DNA from: Candidatus Poribacteria bacterium
Lineage (GTDB): Bacteria; Poribacteria; WGA-4E; WGA-3G
Assembly (NCBI GenBank): GCA_965205015.1
Contig: OZ242029.1
Location: forward strand, 5,024,001 to 5,088,000
DNA: 64,000 bases
Reading direction: 5' to 3'
Below are positions 38,101 through 46,588 of the stretch, piece by piece. Position numbers and translations under genes: made by a program. Under the pieces are notes generated by a model, which was not told the DNA's origin, did not search any database, and saw only the letters and a list, made by a program, of their open reading frames with translations. Each line of letters starts with the position of its first letter. Positions within the stretch are counted from its first letter, which is position 1.

Positions 38101-41002
38101 CTATTCACGTCAGAATAAGCACGATAAGGCGGTCGATATCTGGAAAGCCTTACTCGAAGCCGATCCGGAGAATACCAAGTACCAGGACGGACTCGTTGAT
38201 ACCTACCAAGACGCTGATAAAACCGATGAAGCCGTTGAACTCGCCCAACAATACATCGCATCGGATCCGGAAAGTAGTGTCCACCATATCCGGCTTGCTG
38301 GACTCTACGCTGCCGACGATCAGGTAGATGCGGCTATTGCCACCTATGAGAAAGCGATTGAACTCGGGATCGGCGATGGAGCGGCGTATCTCAAGTTGGC
38401 GCAGCTTCATCTTCGGAAAAATAACCTCGATGCCGCCGAAAAAGCGTTTGAAGAAGCCATTCAACACACCGGACAGGAGTGGGAACGGCGGAATATCGAG
38501 CAGCAGCTGATGAGTCTTTACCGCCGGCAGGGCAAGTTGGAAGGTATGCTAAAGCAAGCAGAAGACGCAGGCACGTTGACGCTTGAGATGCAGCAGGAAC
38601 GTGCCAGAGAATACCGGAACGCTGGGGAATTGGAAAAAGCCGTCACTGCTTACAAGAAAGCGTTGGAGATGACATCCCAAAGCTGGGATCGGGGGGAACT
38701 TTCTAATGAGTTACTGCAAGTATACGCCCAACTCGGTGAGAACGATTCGGCGATAGAACTCTATGAAACACAGTCTCAGTCTCGTTCAATGGGAATGTCA
38801 ATCCACCACGGACCATTGGGCATCAAAGTGATGTTCGGTGGTGATGAGGCACGTGAAACCTTGATTAACGCCTATAAGAATCAAGGGAAACTTGAAGCGT
38901 TGCGGGTTATTTTTGAAGGTAGGCTCGAAAAAGATGCGGATAATCCAGCGCTGCTCGAGATGCTCGCTGAAATTCACCGGAATGCCAACAATCATGAAAA
39001 GGCAGCGGAAGCCTATCAGACACTCTGCAAAGCACAACCCAGCAATGTCCGTAGTTTTTACTATGCTGCCGCCGCCCTCCATAAAAGTAACCAACCGGAT
39101 CTGGCGAAAGAATTGATGAAGCAAGGCGAGGTCGCGCTTGCAGCAAATACTCGCAGTCAGGATATGTGGTTTCTCGCAGCACTCGCCTCTATCTGTGTTG
39201 AAGGTGAGATGTATGACCCCGCTATCAAATTCGTCGAAGATGCGATCGCGGCAAGTTCAAGATACGGGGGATTCTCGTCGGGGATCGGGGATTTATACGG
39301 GATTCTTGGGAAAAGTTACTTAGGCACAAAACAGTACGAGCAAGCCGCCAATGCGTATCAGCAGATGGTGAACCGCTCCAGACACAATTATGAGCGGGAG
39401 AAGGCAGAAGCCGGTTTACGTCGAGCACATATAGAAGGCAACCTTTATGAAAAACAGATTCCCGAGCGGTTGCAGCGCGTTGAGGAAAATCCTGAGGATC
39501 CCGATATCCGCTTCGACCTCGCCCAAACTTACGAGTGGAGTGATAGAGTTGACGAGGCAATCGCGCAATACGAAAAAATCGTCGAACTCCAGCCCGACAC
39601 CGCCGAATGGCACAAAAAGATTGGGGATCTCACTCGAAAATCGCGGCAGGCAGACGAAGCGACTCGACTGGCAAAGGCGAGTGCTGCCTATGAAAAAGCA
39701 ATTGAACTTGAACCGACCTCGTATGAATTTTATAGCCTGCTGGCACAGACTTACGTGAAAAGTGAGCGATTCTCAGATGCTGAAGGGGTGTATCGTCGCG
39801 CGCTGGATGCTTCTCTTGAGGAACGCGACTATAATAGGGCACTCCGGGGCATTTGGGAACTTTACGCTGACACCGAGCAAAACGACAAAGGCATCACTGC
39901 CCTTGAAGAACTGAAACCGAAAATGAAGAAAAATGCCGTGCTTCTTGAACTGTTGGGGGATGCCTACAAGGAGGCGGATAATACCGAAAAATCAGATGCT
40001 GTCTACGCTGAATGGCTGGCGATTCGACAGAAAGAGGTGAACCGGACGCAACGCGAGTGGGACTATCGTCAGCTTGCCGGTCAACTTCTCGGAAAAGGGA
40101 TTATGCCGGAGAAGGCGTTGGAACTCGCCGAGCGCGCCTCACAAATGAGGAGCGATTGGAATTTCGCCTTAACCTTGGGACACGCTTATCTCGCGAACGA
40201 CCGCTATGAGGCGGCGCTTGAACAATTCACACGCGGTATGAACAGCATAGGACAGCAGAGACACATCATACCCACGGATATGGCGAGGCAGTTTTGGACA
40301 CGCATTGCACAAACCGGCAAAAACGCCAAGGACGAAGGGCGTTACGTTGACATAGTAAACCGACTGGTAGCCCTGCCTTCTGGTCAGCCAACGACCCAGT
40401 TGTATGCCAATGTGGCACTGGCACAATTTTATCATGAACGCGATCTCCCTGAGAAAGCAAAAGCGTATATGGATAAAACCGCCTTCATCGCTGAAAATGC
40501 ATGGTGGATTATCGGTCCATTTGACAATGCCGATGGAATCGGATATAATAAAGTTTACATTCCAGAGACCGAGACGCAGCTTGACACAACTGCGACATAC
40601 GATGGGATAGAGGGACAGGTGCACTGGAAGAAGCAGGCAGATGATACTTTTGATGGTTTTATCGATTTCCGAAAAATCTTTGACGAAAATGTCAATTGGA
40701 ACACCGCTTATGCATGGACAACCGTCAATTCACCCGATGAACGGGAAGCGCAACTCCGCTTCGGTAGTGGAACGCAGGCGAAACTCTGGTTAAACGGCGA
40801 AGAGGTGTTTACGCACAGTGACGTTCATACGCCAGTGGTGGATCAGGACACGATTCCAATAACCCTCAAGGCGGGTAAAAACAGTATCCTCGTCAAGGTC
40901 TGTGGTGAGATGTACGGTTTAGGATTCTACCTGCGCCTGACGGATAGGGACGGAAGGCCTTTTGTGGATGGGGTATTGATAAGGGATTCCACAAACGAGT
41001 AA
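32186..41002 (+). CDS. Giant secreted TPR-repeat protein (2938 aa) with C-terminal beta-sandwich domain
   Basis: Signal peptide (..SSMTFA/QD); dozens of TPR motifs (A...Y.KA..L.P); C-terminal WWIIGPFDN...LWLNGEEV...LKAGKNSILVKV. Confidence 0.9.
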   Translation: MFGREKRAIVVCVLYLVACTFYLSSMTFAQDEKIIERYKLMLSRNPKEGSTFDRLYQFYLEGAGLDAMIADYQAEAEAKPSDSNIQLILGHIHKRLGKDIETVNAYQGAVKLAPNEYYPHFALGQMFATLRQHEDAIRELTKAAELSEQTHAASPEELMEIYKALGRAYFSRDRVDEAISAWGKIPELDPENIFSRIELADLFREQELYEQAIAQHEAIIGLKTDDPYRVCLSLRDIGNIHDEKGDYEGAIQSYDAAMALTAPGNWLRKDLQHRVIGIYAADGNWEGLIAHYQRKLEDTPNDPELIGLLASAYIENQQLDEGIATYQKAVALAPTDTGIRLNLITALRSAEKLEDAATAYESLSEQQPDDFGIYRELGELYLQLEDEGKARATYQRMLDRDPENASTHLILAEIYAGNDWIDAAVAAYQKTISLEPNTLDYIEYFGEFYFRQGNREKTIETWNQMIAGDRTSAENYDRLAQLLDAKNFPAEAIVARRKAVELAPDSYPYREALARQLTENKNYDEALAEYAEAAKLAPNEFFAEQMADQQIEIYRRQGTLIEKIEALEADLEKPGIADADAFTQQKQLAKMYLKLGNITYAIEVLLKTKALHPDDVLVNRWLAEVYDQQGLRDEANAVYTHLIEIDSANAREYYANIARAAMIVMDFDASTDAAKQAVAHSPRNPEGHQMLAQIAKQVGKYQTAIDSLKQASRLRPEATNIRSELAEVYKLSGETRQAIEQYWRCWELSASVNDKLAFVRPLSEAYYDLGRRSELEEKLKQMSRTSTSIVGPVVALAELYQMEGDLPNARFQLARALDRDRENPDLLAQLVKVSLDLGDTQEALTYQQRLVKSQPDPIHRQRLGELLFDTGREQEAIQAWTKLLHAKNQQLEAEIKLAALLIRHGLLDEAVSVLNRASEKITGADTHIALYQLGAALVRMNEFDQAQPYFQRILDMPKPSEPATQNVTASASGSSWGPPGINIRRFELPQQLVWDIQGQSFASRSGQQWTPKSFEEARAGALVQLTTIAQQQRKLTQLIQQFEADADANPKNIQNLEILVQIYTLTQNTDKAKETINRLLAVSPNDPVYQSLRLSRLLRQDVDYETLKQYLDEITGLTVEARLWYTALYAGDFYRRGWKADAEKLVTALEAAQVTNLGTGSMLVGTLAQMNRTDAAERILAQLPVPALSTRPQNSAMGPLSPLQQQWRQYTSIYESLVDAYVRAEHIDKAVGLIWTFFERTKPYATNARRVLSIARTSRAYGGYTPLQSSYPSATTHYDQNRLEYLQRVFSQLWTANRQDALYAKLQTELDIAKGRDRIYPGLALSYCYWWEGQRDKAQEVLSALQKEFSDDLTLKLNTVFAAIQIGQHAKALALLEELADVDAKNRHRYYNLTLQLAAHTGDTVAVRELVTKVLNSPIGVRELYQFSQKLQQSGLTQYAIPIANKAATLAMAQRDPNFLIDLSQHLEDLGRGKDASRIAELALRFANQRDRYGRTLYAWHFQQASRMVGRSKVVREREPQLVEAVQKAPDSFQARVRLATFYESTNQLKQAADAFEAALTLRPKDSMTRKRYAQMLQRSGQAKAAVTQYRALLKDNPNTLGYNYWEVMETFFQAGEVDALVSIAKEMIAPSVGRNFGNDFARSAARQCIESNRPKAAIELYEKIVEAQPDQTHTYGDLASAYAAAGEPEKAIQFLREKLETENARLIQDAYAHVQIVSKLTELYKTSGGLETWVTEYAAKLAEKPEDPALIYLVATMKIAADDLDGADTLVNQLLDDPTPVNSRWISGLADAYRSANDRDRERRLLESALAKIGPQDTWGLSENYQKLGTVYARQDEKAKAQDAFRKMGTLRLLRGGGFYEKEQIANTYMQHEMWDDAEALFNEIINDFSAQQWTRQQVQRQLMEIQRRRDASTMATRTPEEPPKFNVGMQRTLAQQHAQRGQVKKAIDIYEQIEKVMPEDLESRAQLATLYSRQNKHDKAVDIWKALLEADPENTKYQDGLVDTYQDADKTDEAVELAQQYIASDPESSVHHIRLAGLYAADDQVDAAIATYEKAIELGIGDGAAYLKLAQLHLRKNNLDAAEKAFEEAIQHTGQEWERRNIEQQLMSLYRRQGKLEGMLKQAEDAGTLTLEMQQERAREYRNAGELEKAVTAYKKALEMTSQSWDRGELSNELLQVYAQLGENDSAIELYETQSQSRSMGMSIHHGPLGIKVMFGGDEARETLINAYKNQGKLEALRVIFEGRLEKDADNPALLEMLAEIHRNANNHEKAAEAYQTLCKAQPSNVRSFYYAAAALHKSNQPDLAKELMKQGEVALAANTRSQDMWFLAALASICVEGEMYDPAIKFVEDAIAASSRYGGFSSGIGDLYGILGKSYLGTKQYEQAANAYQQMVNRSRHNYEREKAEAGLRRAHIEGNLYEKQIPERLQRVEENPEDPDIRFDLAQTYEWSDRVDEAIAQYEKIVELQPDTAEWHKKIGDLTRKSRQADEATRLAKASAAYEKAIELEPTSYEFYSLLAQTYVKSERFSDAEGVYRRALDASLEERDYNRALRGIWELYADTEQNDKGITALEELKPKMKKNAVLLELLGDAYKEADNTEKSDAVYAEWLAIRQKEVNRTQREWDYRQLAGQLLGKGIMPEKALELAERASQMRSDWNFALTLGHAYLANDRYEAALEQFTRGMNSIGQQRHIIPTDMARQFWTRIAQTGKNAKDEGRYVDIVNRLVALPSGQPTTQLYANVALAQFYHERDLPEKAKAYMDKTAFIAENAWWIIGPFDNADGIGYNKVYIPETETQLDTTATYDGIEGQVHWKKQADDTFDGFIDFRKIFDENVNWNTAYAWTTVNSPDEREAQLRFGSGTQAKLWLNGEEVFTHSDVHTPVVDQDTIPITLKAGKNSILVKVCGEMYGLGFYLRLTDRDGRPFVDGVLIRDSTNE

Positions 41003-41041
41003 CCCCGTGAAGATGTTTATATTCTAAAATGGAGGCACCTC

Positions 41042-42523
41042 ATGCCAGAAAAATTAATTCTCGAAAAAATTCAGCGTGTCCGACACCGTTTGAACGTCCA
41101 ACGCTATTTTCAGACCTTCGCGACGTTCCTCTTCTACGGATTTCTGGCGTGTATCCCTGTGGTCATTGTTGATAGTGTTGTCGCATCCTTTAACGTCCCA
41201 CCCTTCGTTTTTCTCTGGGTGGCACTCGGGATCGCCGTAGGTGCTGTGGCGGTTCGTCTCATTCGACCCGTGAGTCTCTACGAGGCGGCGCGGACAATTG
41301 ACACGGGCGCGTCTCTTAAAGATCGCGTCGTCAGCGGCTTGGAGCAGATTCAACAGAGAATCGATGCGCCTCTGACGGCACTTCAAATTCAGGATACCTC
41401 TAACAAATTGCGAGCGGTCCCCGTGAATCAGGTCGCCCGCTACGCCGTGCCGCGTGAAACGAAGTTCATCGCACTCGTCGCCGTATTTCTCGTCGCTTTT
41501 TCGTTCGTTGAATTTTTCGCACCCCCAGCGACCTCAACGGAGATTGACTTTTCACCACAAATCGCAGCCGAAGCAGATACACTGTTAAAACGGATTGAAG
41601 CGGCAAAAAAGGATGCGGAACAGAATGAAGACGCTGAACTTGAGGAACTCTTGAAAGAACTTGAAAAAAGGGCACTTGAATTAAAGAAACCACAGATTAC
41701 CCCTAAGGAAGCACTTGCCAGAATGACGGAGCTGAGTGCGCTCTTAAAAACGAAGGTCGATCCGCTTAAGATGGCACAACAGCAGGAGCTTATGAAAGGG
41801 TTGGGGCAGCAATTCATCGGCAATCCGTATCTGGGTGAATTCGGGCACCAACTGAAACGCGGCGATTATCAACAGGCGGCGACAGAACTTGACGATCTAA
41901 CAAAAAAACTTCCAGAATTCGACAAGGAGAAACGCCGAAACCTTGCCGACGAACTCACGCGTGGGGGCAACAGTCTACAAAGCACAGAACTTGATGGACT
42001 TGGAGCGGAGCTGTCAGGAGCGGGAGAAGGTTTGGCAGTTGATGACGTTGAGGGTGCGCAAACGCGGCTCCGTGCATCGATCAAAAAGATTCGCAATCTC
42101 GATCTGCTCAGGAATCGAAACTCGCGGTTGGCGCAGTTACTGTCCGAGTGTGAGGCTTGCAAAGCAGGTGTTGCTGCCGCTTGTAACGGCAAAGGAATTA
42201 ATAAGGCTACGGGGTTAACCTATGCCTTGAGTACTACGCCGGGGGCCGGTATTGGCAACAAAACGTCCGCGAGTCAACTCGGTCAATTGACCTCACTCGA
42301 CGCCATCTTAAATCTTGAACAGATCACCGGTGTCCAGGGAGAAGGCACTGCTACTGTTCAAACCTCTAAGACCTCCGCAGAAGGACAGCAATCCGCTGTG
42401 AGTTATAAAGAAGCCTACACAAAGTACCAGAAACTCTCCGAGGATGCTCTCACCCAAGAACAAATCCCCTTAGGGTATAAGTTTTACGTGAAACGCTACT
42501 TTGAATCGATTAAACCTGAATAG
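41042..42523 (+). CDS. Membrane-anchored coiled-coil protein of MoxR/vWA operons (DUF4175-like)
   Basis: N-terminal TMs, AARTID....LKDRVVSGLE, coiled coil, G-rich linker, C-terminal IPLGYKFYVKRYFESI. Confidence 0.7.
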   Translation: MPEKLILEKIQRVRHRLNVQRYFQTFATFLFYGFLACIPVVIVDSVVASFNVPPFVFLWVALGIAVGAVAVRLIRPVSLYEAARTIDTGASLKDRVVSGLEQIQQRIDAPLTALQIQDTSNKLRAVPVNQVARYAVPRETKFIALVAVFLVAFSFVEFFAPPATSTEIDFSPQIAAEADTLLKRIEAAKKDAEQNEDAELEELLKELEKRALELKKPQITPKEALARMTELSALLKTKVDPLKMAQQQELMKGLGQQFIGNPYLGEFGHQLKRGDYQQAATELDDLTKKLPEFDKEKRRNLADELTRGGNSLQSTELDGLGAELSGAGEGLAVDDVEGAQTRLRASIKKIRNLDLLRNRNSRLAQLLSECEACKAGVAAACNGKGINKATGLTYALSTTPGAGIGNKTSASQLGQLTSLDAILNLEQITGVQGEGTATVQTSKTSAEGQQSAVSYKEAYTKYQKLSEDALTQEQIPLGYKFYVKRYFESIKPE

Positions 42524-42630
42524 TTATCGGTGTGCATTGCTACGCAATGCTTTCGGTTATCGGTTACAAAGGGGGTTTGTTAAACGAAAGTCCCTTAACC
42601 GACAACTGTTCTTCCGACGACTGACGACCA
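42521..42630. repeat. Structured intergenic element (homologous to 26517-26614)
   Basis: Hairpins gcattgc/gcaatgc and gttatcggtta/taaccgacaac; core 42567-42596 is 21/30 identical to 26527-26556. Confidence 0.6.
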
Positions 42631-42647
42631 TTTTCATAGGGGGCAAC

Positions 42648-43634
42648 ATGTCCGAACACGCCGAAGAAAAATATGAAGAATTCCGTGAGGCTTTCCTGAG
42701 AATACAGCAGGAGGTCTCCAAGCGGATCGTCGGACAAAAGGAGACCATTGAAGGGGTGCTCATCTGCCTTATGACGGGAGGACACGCGCTGTTAGAAGGT
42801 GTCCCTGGATTAGGGAAAACCCTGCTTATCCGAACGCTCCATGAGGTACTGGACCTCAAGTTTTCCCGAATTCAGTTTACGCCGGATCTGATGCCAGCCG
42901 ACATTATCGGTACCACCGTTGTCGCTGAAGATGAAGACGGACGCAAATTCTTTGAGTTTCAACCCGGTCCTGTATTCGCCAATCTTATTCTTGCCGACGA
43001 AATCAACCGCGCAACCCCTAAGACCCAGTCCGCCTTGTTGGAGGCGATGCAAGAGAAATCTGTGACCGTTGCCGGACGACAGCGGGAATTAAAGCTGCCG
43101 TTCTTTGTGATGGCGACACAGAACCCTTTAGAAATGGAAGGCACTTATCCGTTGCCAGAGGCGCAACTCGACCGATTCTTTTTCAAACTTAAGGTTAAAT
43201 ACCCGAGCCTTGATGAACTTGACCTCGTTATGGAACGGACGACGAAACGGGATATGCCGACTGTTGACAAAGTTTGCGATGGTGAGCAGATTAACGCCTT
43301 GGAACAGAGCGTCCGAGATATTCTCATCGCTGAAGACGTACGCAGGTACGCCCTGCGAATCGTCCTCGGTACCCACCCCGAGTCAGAGGACGCACCGGGA
43401 CTCACGAAAAAATATGTTCGCTACGGTTCCAGTCCACGCGGCGCACAGGCATTAATTCTCGGCGGGAAGGTCCGGGCAATCCTTGATGGAAGATACAATG
43501 TGGCGCGCGAAGACATTCAAGCCGTCGCACTCCCCAGTCTGCGGCATCGCCTCATCTTAAGTTTTGAAGGCGAAGCAGAGGGAATTGACCCGGATGACAT
43601 CATCCAACATCTGCTGACAGAGATTGACCGATGA
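42648..43634 (+). CDS. moxR: MoxR family AAA+ ATPase
   Basis: GHALLEGVPGLGKT, RIQFTPDLMPADI, LADEINRATPKTQSALLEAMQE, ATQNP.E.EGTYPLPEAQLDRF. True start ATG 42648. Confidence 0.95.
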   Translation: MSEHAEEKYEEFREAFLRIQQEVSKRIVGQKETIEGVLICLMTGGHALLEGVPGLGKTLLIRTLHEVLDLKFSRIQFTPDLMPADIIGTTVVAEDEDGRKFFEFQPGPVFANLILADEINRATPKTQSALLEAMQEKSVTVAGRQRELKLPFFVMATQNPLEMEGTYPLPEAQLDRFFFKLKVKYPSLDELDLVMERTTKRDMPTVDKVCDGEQINALEQSVRDILIAEDVRRYALRIVLGTHPESEDAPGLTKKYVRYGSSPRGAQALILGGKVRAILDGRYNVAREDIQAVALPSLRHRLILSFEGEAEGIDPDDIIQHLLTEIDR

Positions 43635-44518
43635 ACGATACACAATCTGCCTTTGACAGCGAATTCCTCAAAAAACTTGAATACCTCTACATCGTTTCCA
43701 AAAAGATTTTTGCCGGACGCATCAAAGCCGAGCGGCGCAGTACACGACGGGGGGTCAGCGTCGAGTTTGCCGATTACCGGAACTATACCGCTGGCGACGA
43801 TTTTCGCTACATTGATTGGAACGCTTTCGCACGCTTGGATGAACTCCTGCTGAAACTTTATGAGGAACGGGAAGACCTACATATCTACTTCCTCGTTGAT
43901 GCCAGTCAATCAATGACCTACGGCACACTGCCGAAATTGATTTATGCCAAACGCGTTGCTGCTGCACTTGCCTATATCGGTTTGTCCAACCTTGATCGGA
44001 TTGGCATTACAGCCTTCAACAACGCCGGAGTGGACCGGCTTCCGACAGAGCGTGGCAAAGGTAAAATCTTCACCGTGCTTGACTTCCTGGATCAGATTAA
44101 CGGCACCGGCGAAACGGATTTAGAAAATGCCTTCCATAACTTTGTTCATACGACGAAACGCCGGGGGCTCGTCGTCCTCATTTCTGACCTCTTTGATCCG
44201 AGTGGATTTACCAACGCGTTGAATGTCCTGAAGTTTCAAAAGCACGAACTCTTTGTGATCCACATCGTCGACCAGAAAGAAGCCGCTCCCGATCTGCTCG
44301 GCGACTATCATCTCGTCGATGTTGAGACGAATCAACTGCGTCAGGTCACGATAAACGAGAATCATCTCAAGCGGTATCAAGCACTTTTCCAAAAATATTG
44401 CGATGATATGGATGTATACTGCACACAACGTGAAATTGGGCTCGTAAGGACGACAACGGAGTCCCCCTTTGAAGAACTCATCCTGCGCATTTTCAGGATG
44501 GGAGGCTTTGTTTCTTAA
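43631..44518 (+). CDS. DUF58 family protein (vWA-like)
   Basis: G.SVEFADYRNY..GDD.R.IDW, DASQSM, ISDL. Confidence 0.93.
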   Translation: MNDTQSAFDSEFLKKLEYLYIVSKKIFAGRIKAERRSTRRGVSVEFADYRNYTAGDDFRYIDWNAFARLDELLLKLYEEREDLHIYFLVDASQSMTYGTLPKLIYAKRVAAALAYIGLSNLDRIGITAFNNAGVDRLPTERGKGKIFTVLDFLDQINGTGETDLENAFHNFVHTTKRRGLVVLISDLFDPSGFTNALNVLKFQKHELFVIHIVDQKEAAPDLLGDYHLVDVETNQLRQVTINENHLKRYQALFQKYCDDMDVYCTQREIGLVRTTTESPFEELILRIFRMGGFVS

Positions 44519-46555
44519 ATGAATTTCCTATCCCCGACCTCACTTTTTCTATTTGGGTTGGCTATTCCGATTGTCGCACTGTACATCCTCAAACTGCGCC
44601 GCCGGCGCGAACCTGTCTCTACGCTCATGTTCTGGGAGGAACTCTTCAGAGAGCGACAGACCACCTCCCTGTTTCAGAGACTGAAGCATCTCCTATCGCT
44701 CCTGCTGCAACTTCTATTTCTGGCACTTTTAGTGCTTGCCGTGGCGCGACCGCAGTTCGCATTTCTAACGAAGTCCGCTCGACAGCTCGTGTTGATGATC
44801 GACCGGTCAGCGAGCATGAACGCCGTTGAGGGGTCCGACGGACTCACACGGCTGGAATCTGCTAAGCGGAGCGCTTTGCAAACAGTCGATAGGCTCCGCT
44901 TCATGGACGAAATGACGGTGATAAGTTCCCATAAACGTCCTATAATTCACAGTCCCTTTACCAATCATCAGAAATCGCTGCGAGAAGCGATCAACGCAAT
45001 CCAGCCGACCGACATTGGCACGAACCTTGAGGCTGCAATAGATTTGGCGTATGCGGTTGCTCAAACAAAGCCTAACCCCGAAGTTGTTATCCTCAGCGAT
45101 TTTCAGTCTGTTTCTGAAGCACTGCTTGCCAAACTCAATAGCAAAATAGAACAGAGCGAGAGTACTGAAGAGCCAAACCAAAAGATAAAACACCATCTGA
45201 TACGTGTAGGAGAAGCGAACAACAATATCGGCATCACGCAATTTCGAGTCAGAAAGAGTCTCGTTAATCCTTTTGATTATGAAACGCTTTTACGGATCAT
45301 CAACACCTCAGCGGAAGAGAAACAGTTCAATGTTGAGCTCTATTTTAAGGAAGATCTCTTTGATGTCCGTCCTTACACGCTTGCACCTGGCGAAAGCAGA
45401 TCCGAGATTTTTAGCAACTTTACGTTTGAAGGCGGTAAACTCAGAGCCGTCTTGGATATTGAAGACGCCCTGTCCACCGACAATGTTGCCTATGCCGCAC
45501 TCCCGAAACGTGAACGTGTCTCTGTTTTACTCGTGACAGAGGAGAACCCGTTTCTTGAGAAAGCACTCGCTGTTGATGAACAGTTAAATCTCAGCGTTGT
45601 CACACCAACAGTGTATGCGTCCAACGCATTCCAGCGAAACGAGAGTACCTATCGGGTCGTCATCTTTGACCGATACAGTCCACCGACCCTTGGTGATGGG
45701 AATTACATGTTCATCTATCCACCCGCTACGGCTTCGGTTTTGGAAACTTCCGGTACTGAGCTGAAATGGGATATCGGCGCCTCCCTTGAAACACCGATTA
45801 TCACGGATTGGGAGCGGACACACCCAATTCTGCGGCACGTCCACTTGGAAAATGTTCAAATTGGCGAGGCGTATCAGATTACGCCACCGCCGACAGCACA
45901 GGTGATTGCCCGCTCTTTCGAGTCGCCTGTGTTGTTTGTTGATGTTGCTCCGAACCGGAAAATCGTCTTTGCTGCTATCGATATTCTGCAATCCGATCTG
46001 CCGCTTCGTATCGCTTTTCCCGTGATTATCGCCAACACAATTCAGTGGTTTCAGCAGGGTTCAGGGATCCAAGAATACTATCTCCATACCGGCGAAGTCC
46101 TACAGCAGCGGATTGCCTCGCTAACGGAAGCAGATTTACCACAAGATGTGCCGAGAAGTGTCACAATCACGGGACCAGGAAATGAAACGTGGGAAGTTCC
46201 CGTTGAGCGAAACGAGGTACTATTCAGTCAAACACAGCGTGCCGGTTTTTATGAAGTGAAATTTGAGGGGAGTTCGCTACGAAAGGTAGCCGCACCTACC
46301 GGGGAGGCGGATTCCGCACTGGAAGCAACCGCTCCCGCGGAAGATAACAATGGAACCTTGTGGGCTGTCAACCTCGCCGATGAAACCGAGTCACACATCG
46401 GGACGGATCCGCGGATTGAGAGTCTGCTTGAAATATCAGGGCTACCGAGCGGTGCTGCGCTTTTGCACTATCCCCCTTGGGTTTACTTCGTATTCGTGGC
46501 TGTCATATTGAGCAGCGTTGAATGGTTTTTATACCAACGCAGAAGAATCGATTAA
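44519..46555 (+). CDS. BatA-domain + vWA membrane protein
   Basis: MNFLSP..L......P....YILK; LARP-like AVARP; MIDAS DRSASM; LSDF; C-terminal TM. Confidence 0.88.
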   Translation: MNFLSPTSLFLFGLAIPIVALYILKLRRRREPVSTLMFWEELFRERQTTSLFQRLKHLLSLLLQLLFLALLVLAVARPQFAFLTKSARQLVLMIDRSASMNAVEGSDGLTRLESAKRSALQTVDRLRFMDEMTVISSHKRPIIHSPFTNHQKSLREAINAIQPTDIGTNLEAAIDLAYAVAQTKPNPEVVILSDFQSVSEALLAKLNSKIEQSESTEEPNQKIKHHLIRVGEANNNIGITQFRVRKSLVNPFDYETLLRIINTSAEEKQFNVELYFKEDLFDVRPYTLAPGESRSEIFSNFTFEGGKLRAVLDIEDALSTDNVAYAALPKRERVSVLLVTEENPFLEKALAVDEQLNLSVVTPTVYASNAFQRNESTYRVVIFDRYSPPTLGDGNYMFIYPPATASVLETSGTELKWDIGASLETPIITDWERTHPILRHVHLENVQIGEAYQITPPPTAQVIARSFESPVLFVDVAPNRKIVFAAIDILQSDLPLRIAFPVIIANTIQWFQQGSGIQEYYLHTGEVLQQRIASLTEADLPQDVPRSVTITGPGNETWEVPVERNEVLFSQTQRAGFYEVKFEGSSLRKVAAPTGEADSALEATAPAEDNNGTLWAVNLADETESHIGTDPRIESLLEISGLPSGAALLHYPPWVYFVFVAVILSSVEWFLYQRRRID

Positions 46556-46556
46556 A

Positions 46557-46584
46557 GTAGTAGGCACACTCCGTGTGCCGTAAC
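46557..46584 (+). repeat. GTAG REP-like hairpin
   Basis: gtagta-ggcacac-tcc-gtgtgcc. Confidence 0.6.
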
Positions 46585-46588
46585 CTCT

